A program made the position numbers and the translations under genes. The notes under the pieces are model-generated. The model did not search any database. It was given only the letters and a program-made list of their open reading frames with translations, and had not been told where the DNA came from. A stretch of 64,000 bases of DNA, taken from positions 990-64,989 of the forward strand of contig CAYGID010000005.1 of assembly GCA_964349835.1 (NCBI GenBank), written 5' to 3'. Positions 49,670-59,214 of the stretch are shown here, in pieces (position 1 is the first letter of the stretch; every line of letters begins with the position of its first letter). The DNA comes from an uncultured Bacteroidales bacterium. GTDB taxonomy: Bacteria > Bacteroidota > Bacteroidia > Bacteroidales > UBA4181.

Positions 49670-51364
49670 ATGAAAAAGAGTTTAATCCCCTTTGGTCTGT
49701 TTTTATTGGTGCTCTGTTTTCCTTTTGCAATGGTTTCGTGCCAAACCGATAATGTTTTGCGCGAAAAGAGCGATCCGTCGCCTCGCATTGTAAACATCAT
49801 CAACTTTATCAGGGAGCTTGAGCCTCGCGATGAGAGAATCACCACCGAGGTGCTCTATGAAACGGTGGTGAGTCAGATAACCCTTCTCAAGCAGCTAAGT
49901 TTGCCTGCCACCTTTTTGCTTCAGTACGATGCGCTGATAAATCCCAAATACCAAACGTTACTCAAAGAGGAGCAGGCGTCGGGTTTTGAGATTGGCGGCT
50001 GGTGGGAGATTACCCAGCCCCATGTGGAGGCTGCCGGCATCACCTGGCGCGGACGCTACCCCTGGGACTGGCATGCCGATGTGGGTTTTGCCACCGGGTA
50101 CAATCCCCAGGAACGAGAAAAACTGGTAGATGTTTACATGGCTAAGTTCAAAGAGATTTTTGGAAAATACCCTGCTTCGGTGGGTTCCTGGTTTATAGAC
50201 GCACATACGCTCCGCTATATGTACGAAAAGTATGGTCTGTTGGCCTCATGCAACTGCAAAGATCAGGTGGGAACCGACGGCTATACCCTTTGGGGTGGTT
50301 ACTGGAATCAGGCCTACTATCCGAGTAAAATTAATGCCTATATGCCGGCGCAAACCGAAGAGGGACAGATTCCTGTTCCCATCTTCAGGATGTTGGGCAG
50401 CGACCCCATTTACCAGTATGAGAACGGCCTCGGAGGTCGGGTTCAGGGAGTGGAGTCGCTCGAACCTGTCTATCCGCGTAGCGGTGGCAGCCGGGGATGG
50501 GTGAGCTGGTTTTTGAAGACCCTGGTTGAAGAGCCTGCCCTGGCTTTTGGTTATACTCAGGCCGGACAAGAAAACTCCTTTACCTGGGGTGGTATGCAGA
50601 AGGGGTTGGAGATGCAGTTCCCCATTCTTGCCAAGTTGGCCGGGGAGGGGAAGATCAGGGTGGAGACCCTGGCAGCCAGCGCAGCCTGGTTTAAAGAAAA
50701 CTATCCGGTGACCCCTGCTACGGCCGTTTCGGCCACCACCGACCCCCGCGATGCGGGAAGGAAATCGGTATGGTATAACAGCCGTTTTTTCAGAACAAAT
50801 CTCTTCTGGCAGCGCGATTCCTTAGTGTTTAGAGATATCCATATCTTCAATGAGAACTTCAAGTCGGATTATCTCGATAAGGCCGGAAGTTCTAACCAGT
50901 GTGTCTATACCACCCTTCCCCTTGTAGACGGTTTCATGTGGAGCAGTTCGCGGCAGCGTGCAGGTCTCCGCCTGATGCAGTTTAATGCCGATGGCACAAC
51001 CACCGAACTCACCGGCGAAGACCCCGTTGTAACAGAGTTGCTTGATTCAAAGTTGATGGTTGAATGGCCTCTGAAACAGGATTTTGGAACCCTTCGTATA
51101 CTTTTTTCCGAAAAGGCTATCGAGGTTTCGCGTCGCGGAGGCAAACGGTCGCAAAAATGGGTTTTGGAGCTGCGTACCTCTTCGCGGGCGTCGTTGCCTT
51201 TTGCTGAGATTACCGATCATCTCATTAAAGCCGTTCACAGCCAATTCCCCTTCGAGGTGACTGTAACTCCCGGATTGGTTTCGGCCGCCCCGGCGGGTAG
51301 CTCCGACTATGTGTTTAGGATTGCGCCCGAAAAGGAGCGAATCCTGATTCAGACACACCCCTAA
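49670..51364 (+). CDS. Hypothetical lipoprotein, family not recognised (possibly carbohydrate-active)
   Basis: Lipoprotein signal MKKSLIPFGLFLLVLCFPFAMVSC. 564 aa, rich in Trp, Tyr and Gly (GTDGYTLWGGYWNQAYYPS, FRMLGSDPIYQYENG). Well-behaved ORF with its own promoter box. Confidence 0.8.
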   Translation: MKKSLIPFGLFLLVLCFPFAMVSCQTDNVLREKSDPSPRIVNIINFIRELEPRDERITTEVLYETVVSQITLLKQLSLPATFLLQYDALINPKYQTLLKEEQASGFEIGGWWEITQPHVEAAGITWRGRYPWDWHADVGFATGYNPQEREKLVDVYMAKFKEIFGKYPASVGSWFIDAHTLRYMYEKYGLLASCNCKDQVGTDGYTLWGGYWNQAYYPSKINAYMPAQTEEGQIPVPIFRMLGSDPIYQYENGLGGRVQGVESLEPVYPRSGGSRGWVSWFLKTLVEEPALAFGYTQAGQENSFTWGGMQKGLEMQFPILAKLAGEGKIRVETLAASAAWFKENYPVTPATAVSATTDPRDAGRKSVWYNSRFFRTNLFWQRDSLVFRDIHIFNENFKSDYLDKAGSSNQCVYTTLPLVDGFMWSSSRQRAGLRLMQFNADGTTTELTGEDPVVTELLDSKLMVEWPLKQDFGTLRILFSEKAIEVSRRGGKRSQKWVLELRTSSRASLPFAEITDHLIKAVHSQFPFEVTVTPGLVSAAPAGSSDYVFRIAPEKERILIQTHP

Positions 51365-51460
51365 ACATTCGGTCATCTATCTGAAATTGTTGGTTAGCTG
51401 ACTCCCTTCGGCGATAGTTCCGTGGGTTCGTTATTGTATATTGATATATCTAAGTTGGAA

Positions 51461-52912
51461 ATGAGAGTATCCTCTTTGTTTTCGGGTTTGTTGCTACTTC
51501 TGCCTGCTCTGGTTCTGGCCCAACCGGGCGGAGCAACCCCGCTCACCCTTGAACAGGCGGCCGGTTTGATGCTACAGAATCATCCCGAACTCCGGGCACT
51601 CCGGATGGAGGAGGAGGCTGCCGATTATGCATTTCGAGCCACGGCCGGCCTGCGTCTGCCCTCCCTGTCGGTTACGGCACTCTACGCCTATCTGCCCAAC
51701 GATCTTGCGGCCGATTTAAACCCCCTTAAACCACAGGTTTCAGGAGCCATCGGGTCGTTTCTGCCTTCGCTTCCCCCTTCATTGGCTGAATCGTTACTGC
51801 CTGCAGTTTCGCCCAAAATTGCCGAAATGATGGCAAAAGATTGGAAGATAACCCTGCAGGAGAACCAGATGGGAATTGTGGGTTCGGTGTTAACGTTTCC
51901 TATCTATACAGGAGGAAAAATCGGCGTAGCACGGAGGGCGGCCCGACTTAAGCTCGATGCGGCCGGCCTGAAGGGAACGCAACAGCTAAACAGTCTCTAT
52001 TCGCAGCTGATTGAGCGGTATTACGGGCTGCTACTGGCCAGTGAGGTGCTGGAGGTGCGAAAGGAGGTTCTTAAAGCGATGAGGCAACATCTGCACGATG
52101 CTGCGCTGCTCGAGGCCAACGGGGCAATTGCCCGGGGCGAAAAACTCTATGCCGAATCGGTAGTGGCCGAGGCCGAAAAAGAGGTCACCAAAGCCGAACT
52201 TACCCTGCGGTCGATCCAAAGGGTCATGCAGAATATTCTTTACACCTCCGGAAACTGGACGCCGGTGTCGCCCCTTTTTGTTCTGGATGCCTCGGATAGC
52301 TTGCCCCGTTTTTTGGCCGATGCTATGGCGCATAATCCCTTGCTGAAACAGGTGGAGTTGCAGGCACAGCTGGCCGGCGAGGGGGTAAAACTTCATAGGG
52401 CCGATTATCTGCCGCAGGTAGCCGTTACCGGCATGGCCCGACTGGCCGATTACCAACTGATGAACGGCATGCCTCGTTGGGTAGCCGGTGCCGGACTAAA
52501 AATGAATCTGTTCGACGGTTTCCAACGCGAAAACCGATACAAGGAGGCCAAAGCAAAGGTTCGGCAGGTAGAGGCGGTTTTGGAGCAGGCTGCCGACAAT
52601 GTTGAAACGCTGGTCGAAAAGCTCTATCTCGACATGCATTCGGAGGCTCTGCAACTCCCTGCGCTGGAGTCGGCGCTCGCCTTTGCACGGGAGTACCTGC
52701 GCATGAAGGAGATGTTGTTTGCAGAGGGAGCCGCTACCTCGATCGATGTGGTAGATGCGCGCCTGAATGTGGCCCGGTTGCAAATAGAGAGGCTTCAGGC
52801 CGCCTACCGTTTTGATCTGTTGCTGGCTAAGCTGCTTGAGGCATGCGGCCAAAGTACCGAATTCGTTTCTTATAGCCGTCAGCCCGGTGTAACGGCTGTA
52901 ATGATTGATTAA
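51461..52912 (+). CDS. TolC-family outer membrane efflux protein
   Basis: Signal peptide MRVSSLFSGLLLLLPALVLAQ; the track start at 51422 is GTG. Two long coiled-coil/OEP repeats. First gene of an efflux string. Confidence 0.88.
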   Translation: MRVSSLFSGLLLLLPALVLAQPGGATPLTLEQAAGLMLQNHPELRALRMEEEAADYAFRATAGLRLPSLSVTALYAYLPNDLAADLNPLKPQVSGAIGSFLPSLPPSLAESLLPAVSPKIAEMMAKDWKITLQENQMGIVGSVLTFPIYTGGKIGVARRAARLKLDAAGLKGTQQLNSLYSQLIERYYGLLLASEVLEVRKEVLKAMRQHLHDAALLEANGAIARGEKLYAESVVAEAEKEVTKAELTLRSIQRVMQNILYTSGNWTPVSPLFVLDASDSLPRFLADAMAHNPLLKQVELQAQLAGEGVKLHRADYLPQVAVTGMARLADYQLMNGMPRWVAGAGLKMNLFDGFQRENRYKEAKAKVRQVEAVLEQAADNVETLVEKLYLDMHSEALQLPALESALAFAREYLRMKEMLFAEGAATSIDVVDARLNVARLQIERLQAAYRFDLLLAKLLEACGQSTEFVSYSRQPGVTAVMID

Positions 52913-52937
52913 CTATTCTTGTTTTCAGGTTTGAATC

Positions 52938-53918
52938 ATGAAAAAGAAGTTTGTTATTGGAAGTACGATCACCTTTCTGGTGCTCATTTTGTTTGGCAGC
53001 CTGGTATTCTGGAGTACCCGAAAGGAGGAGTTGCCTCTTTTACAGGGGCAGGTGGAGGTGCGCAGTATAAAAATCTCTTCGAAATTGGCCGGGCGGCTCG
53101 ACACGCTGCTGGTGCGCAGAGGAGAGAAGGTAACTGCAGGCCAGCTGCTGTTTGTGCTGGCCACTCCCGAGGTGGAGGCAAAGTTGCATCAGGCCCAAGC
53201 GGCCAGGAGAGCAGCCTCCGCCCAACAGAGCAAAGCGGTTAGCGGAGCCAGGGCACAGGAGGTGGAGGCAGCCCGTAGTCTGTGGCTGAAGGCACAGGCC
53301 GGATACGAACTGGCCGAAAAAAGTTTTGTAAGGGTTAAAAATCTTTATGAAGCGGGGGTGGTTTCGGCACAAAAATTCGATGAAGCACAGGCCAATCTGA
53401 AGTCGATGGAGAGCTCCGTTCAGGCGGCAAATGCGCAATACGCAATGGCCTTGGAGGGCGCGCGGCATGAGGACAAATCGGCTGCCGCCGCATTGGTAGA
53501 GCAGGCTTCGGGTGTGGTTTCGGAGGTGACCTCCTTTTTGGCCGATGCCCGTCAGGTTTCGCCCATCAACGGCGAAGTCTCCTCTCTGATTGCAGAGGAG
53601 GGAGAGTTGGTGGGGTCGGGTTATCCTGTGCTCACCCTTCTTGACATGACCGATATGTGGGTCACCTTCCATATCCGCGAAGATCTGCTGCCCGGCATCG
53701 AGCCAGGCACGCTCCTGTCGGGATATGTTCCGGCCCTCGACACGACGCTAAAATTTAAGGTCGATTTTATGGCCGTTGAGGCCGATTTTGCCACATGGAC
53801 CTCCACAGGCAACCGGGGTGGTTTCGATGTGAGATCGTTCGAGGTGCAGGCTCGTCCCGAGAATCCTGTAACGGGCCTTCGCCCCGGTATGTCGGTGGTG
53901 GTAAGCCGACCACAATAG
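52938..53918 (+). CDS. HlyD-family membrane fusion (periplasmic adaptor) protein
   Basis: N-terminal TM anchor, a lipoyl-like half (GQVEVRSIKISSKLAGRLDTLLVRRGEKVTAGQLLFVL), a long Ala/Gln coiled coil, and a beta-barrel C-terminus. Confidence 0.9.
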   Translation: MKKKFVIGSTITFLVLILFGSLVFWSTRKEELPLLQGQVEVRSIKISSKLAGRLDTLLVRRGEKVTAGQLLFVLATPEVEAKLHQAQAARRAASAQQSKAVSGARAQEVEAARSLWLKAQAGYELAEKSFVRVKNLYEAGVVSAQKFDEAQANLKSMESSVQAANAQYAMALEGARHEDKSAAAALVEQASGVVSEVTSFLADARQVSPINGEVSSLIAEEGELVGSGYPVLTLLDMTDMWVTFHIREDLLPGIEPGTLLSGYVPALDTTLKFKVDFMAVEADFATWTSTGNRGGFDVRSFEVQARPENPVTGLRPGMSVVVSRPQ

Positions 53919-53928
53919 AGGATTTGGA

Positions 53929-55107
53929 ATGAGCAGCCGGATTGATGCTTTTCTGTTTTCGCTGAAGCGGGAGATTGCCCTCTTTGCCCGTTCCAGGATC
54001 TTTCTCCTGCTCTCCCTGCTATTGCCGATTTTCTCCTTTTTCCTCTTTTTTGCACTCTTTGGCAACGGGGTAGCGCGCGAACTACCCGTAGCCCTATACG
54101 ATGCCGATCGTACCCCCCTCTCACGCAAATTGGCGGGCATGATAGATGCAACCCCCACGGTTGCCATTGCCATGCACTGTTCGAGCCTGGCAGAGGCGAG
54201 GGTGTTGCTCGAAAAGGGGCGGGTAGAGGCTGTGGTTGAGATTCCGCCTTATCTCGAAAAGTCGGTTCTACGGGGCGATCCGATTGATGTTTCACTTCAG
54301 GTAAGTGGCCTGAGCATCATTAAAGGGAGCCTGATTACCCGCGATATCCGTACGGCAGTGGCCACCTTTTCTTCGGGCATTCAGATTCAGAGCCTTGTAA
54401 AGAGAGGTATGTCGCCCGAGGTGGCCTACACCCGCATGATGCCTGTTACCTTCGACAAACACATCCTCTTTAATCCCTGGCTCAGCTACACTTTTTACCT
54501 GTTACCCGCCTTTTTGTCGCTGATGCTCCTCATGTTTGTAACCCTTGTCACCATCTTTACCGTTGGGGTCGAACTCAAAAATGGCACAGCCGGCGCGTGG
54601 CTCGCGGGGGCCGGCTATCATGTTTCGGCGGCACTCTTCGGGAAACTTTTTCCCTACACCGTGATTTTTAGTATACTGTCGGTGGGTATGCATACACTGA
54701 CCACCTTTTGGGCAGGAGTGCCCCTGCAGGGAAGTGCCCCTATGCTCTTTGTTTCTACCTTCCTTCTCATTACCGCCTATCAGAGTGTGGGATGTGTAAT
54801 TGTGGCGCTCTCGGCCAACATGCGGCTGGCTCTTTCGCTGGGTGGCGGATATTCGGTGCTGGCCTTCTCCTTCTCGGGGCTTACCTTTCCGGCCATGGCC
54901 ATGGATCTGCCCGCCCGGATAGCCGGAAATCTCTTTCCCTTTACCCATTACTTGCAAATCTGGATGGATCAGGCGTTACGAGGAGCCGCCCCTCACCATT
55001 CGGTGGGTTCGCTCTTGGTACTCGTTGTCTTCTCTTTGCTTTTTGTGCTTTGCCTTGGTCGGCTTAAAACCGTTTTGACAGATGAAAAATATTGGGGTGC
55101 TTCATAG
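53929..55107 (+). CDS. ABC-2 type transporter permease (YbhS/YhhJ-like)
   Basis: N-terminal TM helix, an extracytoplasmic domain of about 150 aa, then 5 TM helices. Confidence 0.85.
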   Translation: MSSRIDAFLFSLKREIALFARSRIFLLLSLLLPIFSFFLFFALFGNGVARELPVALYDADRTPLSRKLAGMIDATPTVAIAMHCSSLAEARVLLEKGRVEAVVEIPPYLEKSVLRGDPIDVSLQVSGLSIIKGSLITRDIRTAVATFSSGIQIQSLVKRGMSPEVAYTRMMPVTFDKHILFNPWLSYTFYLLPAFLSLMLLMFVTLVTIFTVGVELKNGTAGAWLAGAGYHVSAALFGKLFPYTVIFSILSVGMHTLTTFWAGVPLQGSAPMLFVSTFLLITAYQSVGCVIVALSANMRLALSLGGGYSVLAFSFSGLTFPAMAMDLPARIAGNLFPFTHYLQIWMDQALRGAAPHHSVGSLLVLVVFSLLFVLCLGRLKTVLTDEKYWGAS

Positions 55108-56284
55108 GTCGGCGAGGGAGGTGATTGCCTACGAAACCCGCTTCATTCTGCGCGATCCGGGGGTGATTCTGATCCTCTTTGGAGCCGTATTTCTCTATGC
55201 CACACTCTATTCGTATGTCTACAAAAACGAAGTGGTGCGCAATCTGCCCGTGGCAGTGATCGACCGCGACGGCACCCCCTCGAGCCGTGCTATGCTCCGC
55301 ATGCTCGATGCTACCCAGAATCTGCAGGTTACTGCCTCGCCCTCCTCGATGCAGGAGGCCGAAGCGTTGTTGATGAGCCGCCATATTTACGGCATCTTTT
55401 TTCTACCTCCCAACTACGAAAAGAGTCTTCTGCGCGGCGAAAAGGTGGTGATTCCTTTTTACGTGGATGCCGGATATTTTCTTATGTACCGACAGATCTT
55501 TTCGGATGCGGTGGGGGCCATCGGTACCATGGGGGCAAAGGTAGAATTGCAGCAACTGCTGGCCGGTGGAGCCTCTCTTCCGGTGGCAGAGACCCTTCGT
55601 GAACCGGTTACCCTTTCGGTTTCGACCCTCTACAATCGTAGCCTGGGGTATGGCACCTTTCTAATACCGATTGTGCTGATAGTGATTCTTCAACAGACTT
55701 TGCTCATGAGCCTGGGGTTGATTGGCGGCACCTGGCGTGAACGCGATCTCTATAGGCAGATCAGAAGGGGCGGTGCCGATGCAGCCCCTCTGGGGCTTGT
55801 TGTGCTGGCAAGAGCGCTACCCTATCTCTTGGCGCACACCGTGTCGATTGCTTATCTGCTGTTTGTGCACTATCCTCTCTTTGACCTGCCTGCTTACGGT
55901 AACCCCTTCGACCTGATGCTACTCTTTCTCCCTTTTCTTTTGGGATCCATATTTTTGGGCATCACCCTCTCTACCTTTTTCCGTTTCAGAGAGAACGCCC
56001 TGCTCTTTCTCTTTTTTCTCTCCATTCCCATTTTGATGATGAGCGGTTGGTCGGTTCCCGATGCATGTTTCCCTCAATGGCTGGTTTCGCTCTCAAAGAT
56101 TTTTCCCAGCACTCCGGGTATACACGCTTTTCTTCGGTTACAGACGGCAGGTGTCGATTTGAGTATGGTTCGCGAGGCCTACCTTCATTTGTGGCTACTG
56201 GCAGGTATATACTATCTTACCGCTTGCGCCGGCATGTATAGGCTCATCAGGAGCCAAAAGATTACAGCCCTCCCAAACGGTTAA
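55082..56284 (+). CDS. ABC-2 type transporter permease (YbhR-like), paralog of the preceding gene
   Basis: Same architecture as 53929-55107. Its start overlaps that gene by 26 nt. Confidence 0.85.
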   Translation: MKNIGVLHRSAREVIAYETRFILRDPGVILILFGAVFLYATLYSYVYKNEVVRNLPVAVIDRDGTPSSRAMLRMLDATQNLQVTASPSSMQEAEALLMSRHIYGIFFLPPNYEKSLLRGEKVVIPFYVDAGYFLMYRQIFSDAVGAIGTMGAKVELQQLLAGGASLPVAETLREPVTLSVSTLYNRSLGYGTFLIPIVLIVILQQTLLMSLGLIGGTWRERDLYRQIRRGGADAAPLGLVVLARALPYLLAHTVSIAYLLFVHYPLFDLPAYGNPFDLMLLFLPFLLGSIFLGITLSTFFRFRENALLFLFFLSIPILMMSGWSVPDACFPQWLVSLSKIFPSTPGIHAFLRLQTAGVDLSMVREAYLHLWLLAGIYYLTACAGMYRLIRSQKITALPNG

Positions 56285-57686
56285 TTAACGCGAATACCTG
56301 CGGGAAAAAACCCAGCAGAAGAATGGCTGCGGTGGCGGCCAGCAGCGAAGCGCGGTTCCAGTTGTCGGTACGAATTGCGGGAATTTGTGCCTCACCGGCA
56401 TGCAGGAACATGGCCTTTACGATAAGCAGGTAGTAATAGAGCGAGATGATGGTATTTAGCAGGGCAAAAAAGACAAGCAGAAACTGACCTTCTCGGGCTA
56501 CAGCGATAAAGCTGAAGATCTTGCTGAAAAAACCTGCGGTGGGCGGAATTCCGGCCAGCGAAAAGAGGGCAATCATCATCACCAGACTCAGGCGGGGGTT
56601 GGTTCGGTAGAGTCCTTTGTATTGGTTTAGCTCTATCATTCCGGTTTGGCTCTCAATGGCAGTTAAGACCCCGAACGCGGCAAAATTGGAGAAGAGATAG
56701 GCCAGCAGATAGTAAACGGTAGAGACCATACCTTCGGGGGTGCCGGCCAGCACACCTAAGAGCAGATAGCCCGCCTGTGATATTGAGGAGAAGGCAAAGA
56801 AGCGTTTGAGGTTCTGCTGGCGCAAAGCAAACAGATTGCCCAGCGTAATGGTTAGCAGGATGAGCCACCAGAGCAGCTGCTGCCATATGGCGGCAAGCGG
56901 TTGGAACACCTCGCACAGTACAATCATCAGCACAAAAGCGGCCGCACCTTTCGACACCACAGAGAGGTAGCTCATCACTGCAATCGGAGCACCCTGATAT
57001 ACATCGGCAGTCCAGAGATGAAAGGGGGCAATGGAGATCTTGAAAAAGAGGCCTGCCATAAAAAAGGCCATTCCCAGCAGCACAGGTGCCTGGCGAGTGA
57101 CCGCTCCTGCCATATCGGCATAGTAGAGCGAGCCCGAGGCACCGTAGAGGTAGGAGAGTCCAAACAGCAGGATGGCAGAGGCAAATACCGACGAGAGAAT
57201 ATACTTGGCCGAAGCCTCGACAGCCTCATTACGGGTTTTTTCAATGGCAATCAACGTGGCCAGGGGAACCGATGCCAACTCGATTCCGATGTAAAACACC
57301 ATAAAGTGTTGTGCCGAGATCATCAAATACATGCCCAGCAGCGTAAATAGCGTGATCAGATAAAACTCTCCTCTTCGGATGGCCGTTTCGGGCGTCTTTA
57401 GCCAGGTGGCTGCCTGCATAAACATAAAAAGCACCCCCACATTGAGCAGATTCTTTACAAAAAGCCTCATTCCGCTTGAAACATACATCCCTCCGAATGC
57501 GGAACCTTCGGGTGTGATAAAAAATGTGGAGAGCGTAAAGAGAGCCCAAAGGGAGCATACCAGCGTATGGTAGTGTGTCTGCTGCCTCTCCGATGCAAAG
57601 AGGTCGAACAGAAACAGCAATACAATAATCACGGCCAGCGAAAGCTCGTGACCCATCAGTAAAAGATTATCGAGGTAGGAGGTCAT
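56262..57686 (-). CDS. nuoN: NADH-quinone oxidoreductase subunit N
   Basis: 474-aa antiporter-like subunit, last gene of the nuo string. Its 3' end overlaps the convergent ABC-2 gene by 23 nt. Confidence 0.93.
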   Translation of the reverse strand: MTSYLDNLLLMGHELSLAVIIVLLFLFDLFASERQQTHYHTLVCSLWALFTLSTFFITPEGSAFGGMYVSSGMRLFVKNLLNVGVLFMFMQAATWLKTPETAIRRGEFYLITLFTLLGMYLMISAQHFMVFYIGIELASVPLATLIAIEKTRNEAVEASAKYILSSVFASAILLFGLSYLYGASGSLYYADMAGAVTRQAPVLLGMAFFMAGLFFKISIAPFHLWTADVYQGAPIAVMSYLSVVSKGAAAFVLMIVLCEVFQPLAAIWQQLLWWLILLTITLGNLFALRQQNLKRFFAFSSISQAGYLLLGVLAGTPEGMVSTVYYLLAYLFSNFAAFGVLTAIESQTGMIELNQYKGLYRTNPRLSLVMMIALFSLAGIPPTAGFFSKIFSFIAVAREGQFLLVFFALLNTIISLYYYLLIVKAMFLHAGEAQIPAIRTDNWNRASLLAATAAILLLGFFPQVFALINRLGGL

Positions 57687-57704
57687 GATTGGCAGGAACT
57701 GGGG

Positions 57705-59198
57705 TTAAAAGCTAAAGTGAGGAGCCAGCATGGGAACTACACTTTGCCGGATGAGGTCGGAGAGGGCCAGAGGGGCCACTCCAATGGCTATGATGCAGGT
57801 GAGTAGTATGAGCACGGGAAGTTTCTCGTGCCAAAGCGCGTCGGAAAGATGCAGGGCAGCGTCGGAATGGGCCGGTCCGAAAAGGATCTTTCCCACCACT
57901 CGCAGAATATAAACAGCCGTGATTACAATTGAGGTACAGGCAATAATGGTAAAGATGCGGTGAAACAGATCGTTGTGAGCGAAGGCTCCGAAAAAGATAG
58001 TCATTTCGGCCACGAAGCCGCTGAATCCGGGCAGTCCGAGCGAAGCAAGACCGGCCAGCAGGTAAGCTACCGCCAAAAAGGGCATCACCTTCATTAATCC
58101 CGACAATTCGCGGATATCGCGGGTGTGGGTTCGGCCGTAAATCATACCAATCAGTGCAAAAAAGAGGGCGGTCATCAACCCGTGCGATAGCATCTGCAAA
58201 ACGGCACCCGTCATGGCAGTTTGGTTATACATCAGGATAGCAAAGAGTACAAGACCGCAGTGGCTTACCGAAGAGTAGGCGTTGATATATTTCAGGTCGT
58301 TCTGCACCAGGGCGCCAAAAGCGCCGTACACCACACTGATGCCGGTAAGGGTAATAAAGAGGGTCGACCAGTAGGCTGCCCCTTCGGGCATCAGGAAGAT
58401 AGCTACCCTAAAACAACCGTAACCTCCCAACTTCATGAGGACACCGGCGTGCAGCATAGAGACTGCGGTGGGAGCCGAAGCATGGCCATCGGGCGACCAG
58501 GTGTGGAAGGGGAAGAGGGCGCCCAGCACGCCAAATCCCAAAAAGGTAAGGGGAAAGAAGATCTTTTGCGCAGCGAAGGGGAGGGTACGCTCTGCAATCT
58601 CGGTGAGGTTCATGGAGAGCTCGCCGGTGGGCGATTCGGCCGAGAAATAGATGCCCAGGATACCCACCAGCAGAAAGGCCGATCCGGCCATCAGCATCAG
58701 GGTTAGTTTCATGGCCGCATATTCGCGTCGGCCGCTTCCCCAAACTCCAATCAGGAGATACATGGGGATGAGGGCCAGTTCGTAAAAGAGAAACATGGTA
58801 AAGAGGTCGAGCGAAATAAAAAAGCCGAACACTCCGGTTGTCAACAGCAAATACCACATGAAATACTCTTTGGTGAGCGGCTCCATATTCCACGACACAA
58901 ACACTCCCGTTAAGACAATCACCGACGAAAGGAGAATCATCACCACCGAAATGGCATCGACACCCACCGAATAGCCTATTTGCAGCGGCTCATACCAGAT
59001 GGTACTGGCGGTAAAGAGCATGGGTAAAGAGTTGGTTTCTCTTTCTTGGAGGTAGGCAAAGAGGAGTACCGTGGCGCCGAGAGTTAAAAGGAGCGATCCC
59101 GATACCATTACGGTGCGGATGGCCGCCCTGCTGTGGCAGAGCAACAGCGCCAACATCATGAGCACCGGGATACATACAAAAAAGGAGAGACTGTTCAT
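57705..59198 (-). CDS. nuoM: NADH-quinone oxidoreductase subunit M
   Basis: 497-aa antiporter-like subunit between nuoL and nuoN. Confidence 0.94.
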   Translation of the reverse strand: MNSLSFFVCIPVLMMLALLLCHSRAAIRTVMVSGSLLLTLGATVLLFAYLQERETNSLPMLFTASTIWYEPLQIGYSVGVDAISVVMILLSSVIVLTGVFVSWNMEPLTKEYFMWYLLLTTGVFGFFISLDLFTMFLFYELALIPMYLLIGVWGSGRREYAAMKLTLMLMAGSAFLLVGILGIYFSAESPTGELSMNLTEIAERTLPFAAQKIFFPLTFLGFGVLGALFPFHTWSPDGHASAPTAVSMLHAGVLMKLGGYGCFRVAIFLMPEGAAYWSTLFITLTGISVVYGAFGALVQNDLKYINAYSSVSHCGLVLFAILMYNQTAMTGAVLQMLSHGLMTALFFALIGMIYGRTHTRDIRELSGLMKVMPFLAVAYLLAGLASLGLPGFSGFVAEMTIFFGAFAHNDLFHRIFTIIACTSIVITAVYILRVVGKILFGPAHSDAALHLSDALWHEKLPVLILLTCIIAIGVAPLALSDLIRQSVVPMLAPHFSF

Positions 59199-59214
59199 TT
59201 TACTTCGGTTTGCT

